This document shows, one piece after another, positions 61,331 to 64,000 of a DNA stretch of 64,000 bases. A program made the position numbers and the translations under genes. Under the pieces are notes generated by a model. The model did no database searches. It worked only from the letters and a program-made list of their open reading frames with translations, and was not told the DNA's origin. Each line of letters opens with the position of its first letter. The stretch's first letter is position 1. Origin of the DNA: Podarcis cretensis (taxonomy: Eukaryota); the NCBI GenBank assembly GCA_951804945.1, contig OX638149.1, forward strand, positions 75,702,001 to 75,766,000, given 5' to 3'.

Positions 61331-63102
61331 ATGCTTTCTAGAAAAGACATTGATTCTTTTGAGTTTTCTGGGGGAAAGTTAGATCACTATTTGTCAGGAT
61401 ATAAAAAAACAAGATATTCTGGAAAATGTTCTTTCCCTGCCCTAGATAGAACAATTATTTATAGCTCTAGGCTAACCTGCCACATATAGAATATTGCTAA
61501 TTCAGCCACTGGGGGTTTGGGGCATCATGAAAAGAATTAAAAACAAAAACAAAGCAAAAATCATGAAAACAGGGATCTATTTGCATCTAAATGGACATTG
61601 GGAATGAGAAGAACATGCTCAAGAGGAAAGCGCAGTTATTGCCAGTTCACAAGACTTATTTGCCGATATCATTGTGGGAACCACATGAATTACAAAACAT
61701 CTGCAAGGTCCAGAGTGTCAATTATGCCTTTATGTACACGGGTGAAAACGTCACATGATTGAGTCAGTCATTGGACATGGTCAATTGTACGTTTTTATCT
61801 ACTGCCTAGCCTTAAAGCTTCATTCCACAGTCACATTAGACAAAGGGACTGTCAGCAAGAGAGATGGATCAGTTTGGCCACTCCTAGGAGTCGCTTGTTG
61901 GCATAGACTATGTCCACAATGGTGGACAGCTTTGTCTTTTGGTCTGTTCATATCCTGGCTGGCTGGTGCTTCTAAAAAGTCTGTTTCATATTCATACATC
62001 AATAGGTAGCTAAACCAAAAGGCTTTCAGCACACAAAGCAACACCATCAACTTGGATTTTAAAAGGCAGTCTTGGAACTGGCTTTCAAATTTTCTTAATT
62101 TTATTAAGCAAATGTTCTGTTTGTTAAACCAAATTCTGCATTAATTTCCAAGAAGTTCAAGCCACTTCTTTAAAGCTCACATCATTATCCAAACAATGGT
62201 TGGCTATCTAATACTACTTCTAGAAAACTCTTTAAGAATTGTTTTGAAAGTATATTAAATAAATTCCATTTGCCAACAAGCTGAACAAAACTTACTACTA
62301 TCATTTTTTCATTTCCCCATACTGGACAGTTTCATAAAGAGAAACTTAAAGCAGACAAAAGGGTTGAATTACCAATGTGGTACATTCATGCTCCATAAGT
62401 AACTAATACTATAAGCAACCTAGTAATAGAGTACAGCATCTTGCTATAAATGAGAGAATGTATTTGATGTACTAATTTTAGACTGCAGTCCAATGCACAC
62501 TAACCAGGAAGTAAAGCTCACTTAACTCCCTACTTTTGAGTAGGCATGTACAGAAGTAGTGTACTATCACTGTGTTCAATGCAACATCTGATACATTGCC
62601 TAATACACATTTTTACAGTCTCTGTGAAACTTATTAATGTTCAATTCAAACACCAGTTTTAAGTTTTATTTTATGTGCCTTGTAGCCAATGTGAAGATTT
62701 AAAGAAAAACTTTCAGACTGTAAGACAATATCAAGTCTTCATGCAAAACATTTTAAAACAACAACATCAGTATTACGGTAACTGTCCTTTATGTAGACTT
62801 TGCCTGGAGATTTGTATGCTGCTGCTCTTAGGTATGTTGCTGTATCTTGGGTTCGTGTTGTTTTTATTTTGACTTTGAAACTGAAGCTCTGATGTTGCAA
62901 AGGCATTGTAATTGCAGATCCCATTGTTAACCAGCTTTAATCAAGTAGACATTATCTACCTCCACAGCTGTGATCCACATCCTTTTAATTCATTATGATT
63001 TCAAGCTGCTTTTCTGACACTAATTAATGCTCTGTTTGGAACTGATCCAATTCCTACTGGTCTTATTGGGAAATAGGATCAGGCCCATCTACATTTTCAA
63101 GC

Positions 63103-63570
63103 CCCATAGTTCTGGTCACCTCAACTCAAAGGATATAGTGGAGTTGGAAAGGGTTCAGAAAATGATTGAGGGGATGAAGCGACTCCCATATGAGTAAAGT
63201 TTACAATATTTTGGGCTTTTTAATTTAGAGAAAAGGCAAGTAAGAGGCAACATTATAAGTATACAAAATTATGCATGGTGTAGAGCAGGGGTAGTCAACC
63301 TGGTCCCTACCACCCACTAGTGAGTGTTTCAGGATTCCAGGTGGGCGGTAGGGGGTTCTACGGCACATGTTACTATAGCACTGGTGGGCAGTAAGGAAAT
63401 TTTACCAGCAAGAAAGATGCATTAGTGGGCGGTAGGTATAAAAAGGATGACTACCCCTGGTGTAGAGAGAAAAGAATTTATTCCTTTCCCATAACACTTC
63501 AACCTGTGGCCATCCAATGAAATGAGACATTGGAAGATTCAGAACAGATAAAATAGAGTACTTCTCACAG
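63103..63570 (+). mobile_element. CR1 3' fragment interrupted by a hAT MITE
   Basis: QFWSP...ELERVQ...LEKR.RG-like sequence of CR1 ORF2. Confidence 0.65.
63286..63459. mobile_element. hAT-type MITE (same family as 50810, opposite orientation)
   Basis: TIR CAGGGGTAGTCA/TGACTACCCCTG with 8-bp TSD GTGTAGAG. Confidence 0.85.
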
Positions 63571-63703
63571 TGCAAGTTTCTAAATATTTAATGTGTGATT
63601 AAGATTTTTAATATTCATGGGACAAAATCTACTGGGAAGGAGCTGCTGTGTTCATGAGGCCTGACACTCAGCCAAGTCTGTGAAGTTCGTGCTTTTGCTA
63701 ATA

Positions 63704-63928
63704 CAGTGGTACCTCTGGTTACGTACTTAATTCGTTCTGGAGGTCCGTTCTTAACCTGAAGCACCACTTTAGCTAATGGGGCCTCCTGCTGCCACTGCGC
63801 TGCCACTGCACAATTTCTGTTCTCATCCTGAAGCAAAGTTCTTAACCCAAGGTACTATTTCTGGGTTAGTGGAATCTGTAACCTGAAGTGTATGTAACCT
63901 GAAGCATATGTAACCCGAGGTACCACTG
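63704..63928 (-). mobile_element. Tigger-like MITE (same family, inverted)
   Basis: Same TIRs; the interior is the reverse complement of the other copies. Confidence 0.85.
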
Positions 63929-64000
63929 TACAGAGTTAACTTCAGCTTGGAATGGTGTGATTTACTGCCGGCTCACTCTGCGGCAGCCACCAATGTGGAT

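Overview
Vertebrate (squamate, most likely lacertid lizard) genomic DNA. The taxon is inferred from Sauria/Squam1 SINEs with (ACCTTT)n tails, Squam3-like SINEs, and BovB/RTE, L2, CR1 and L1 fragments. The only host protein-coding gene I can support is CDKN1C (p57KIP2) on the + strand, in a CpG island. Coding exon 1 is 23298-23892 and coding exon 2 is 24415-24536 (238 aa in total), followed by a 3'-UTR intron and a non-coding last exon from 25102 to about 25.8 kb. The rest is intergenic DNA rich in transposable elements, with two more CpG-rich islands (about 30.3-31.5 kb and 45.1-45.8 kb) and several repeat-poor, motif-dense candidate enhancers. I recognised no exon of the expected neighbours KCNQ1 or SLC22A18. 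The most notable observations are: (1) a complete, TSD-flanked 1.9-kb L1-type retroposon with a single non-RT ORF (HAL1-like); (2) an in-frame, non-AUG poly-Leu extension upstream of the p57 start codon; (3) a young hAT MITE carrying telomere-like CCCTAA units; (4) two RTE copies truncated at the same point, which is a hairpin; (5) several nested insertions. Most ORFs in the supplied track are spurious.
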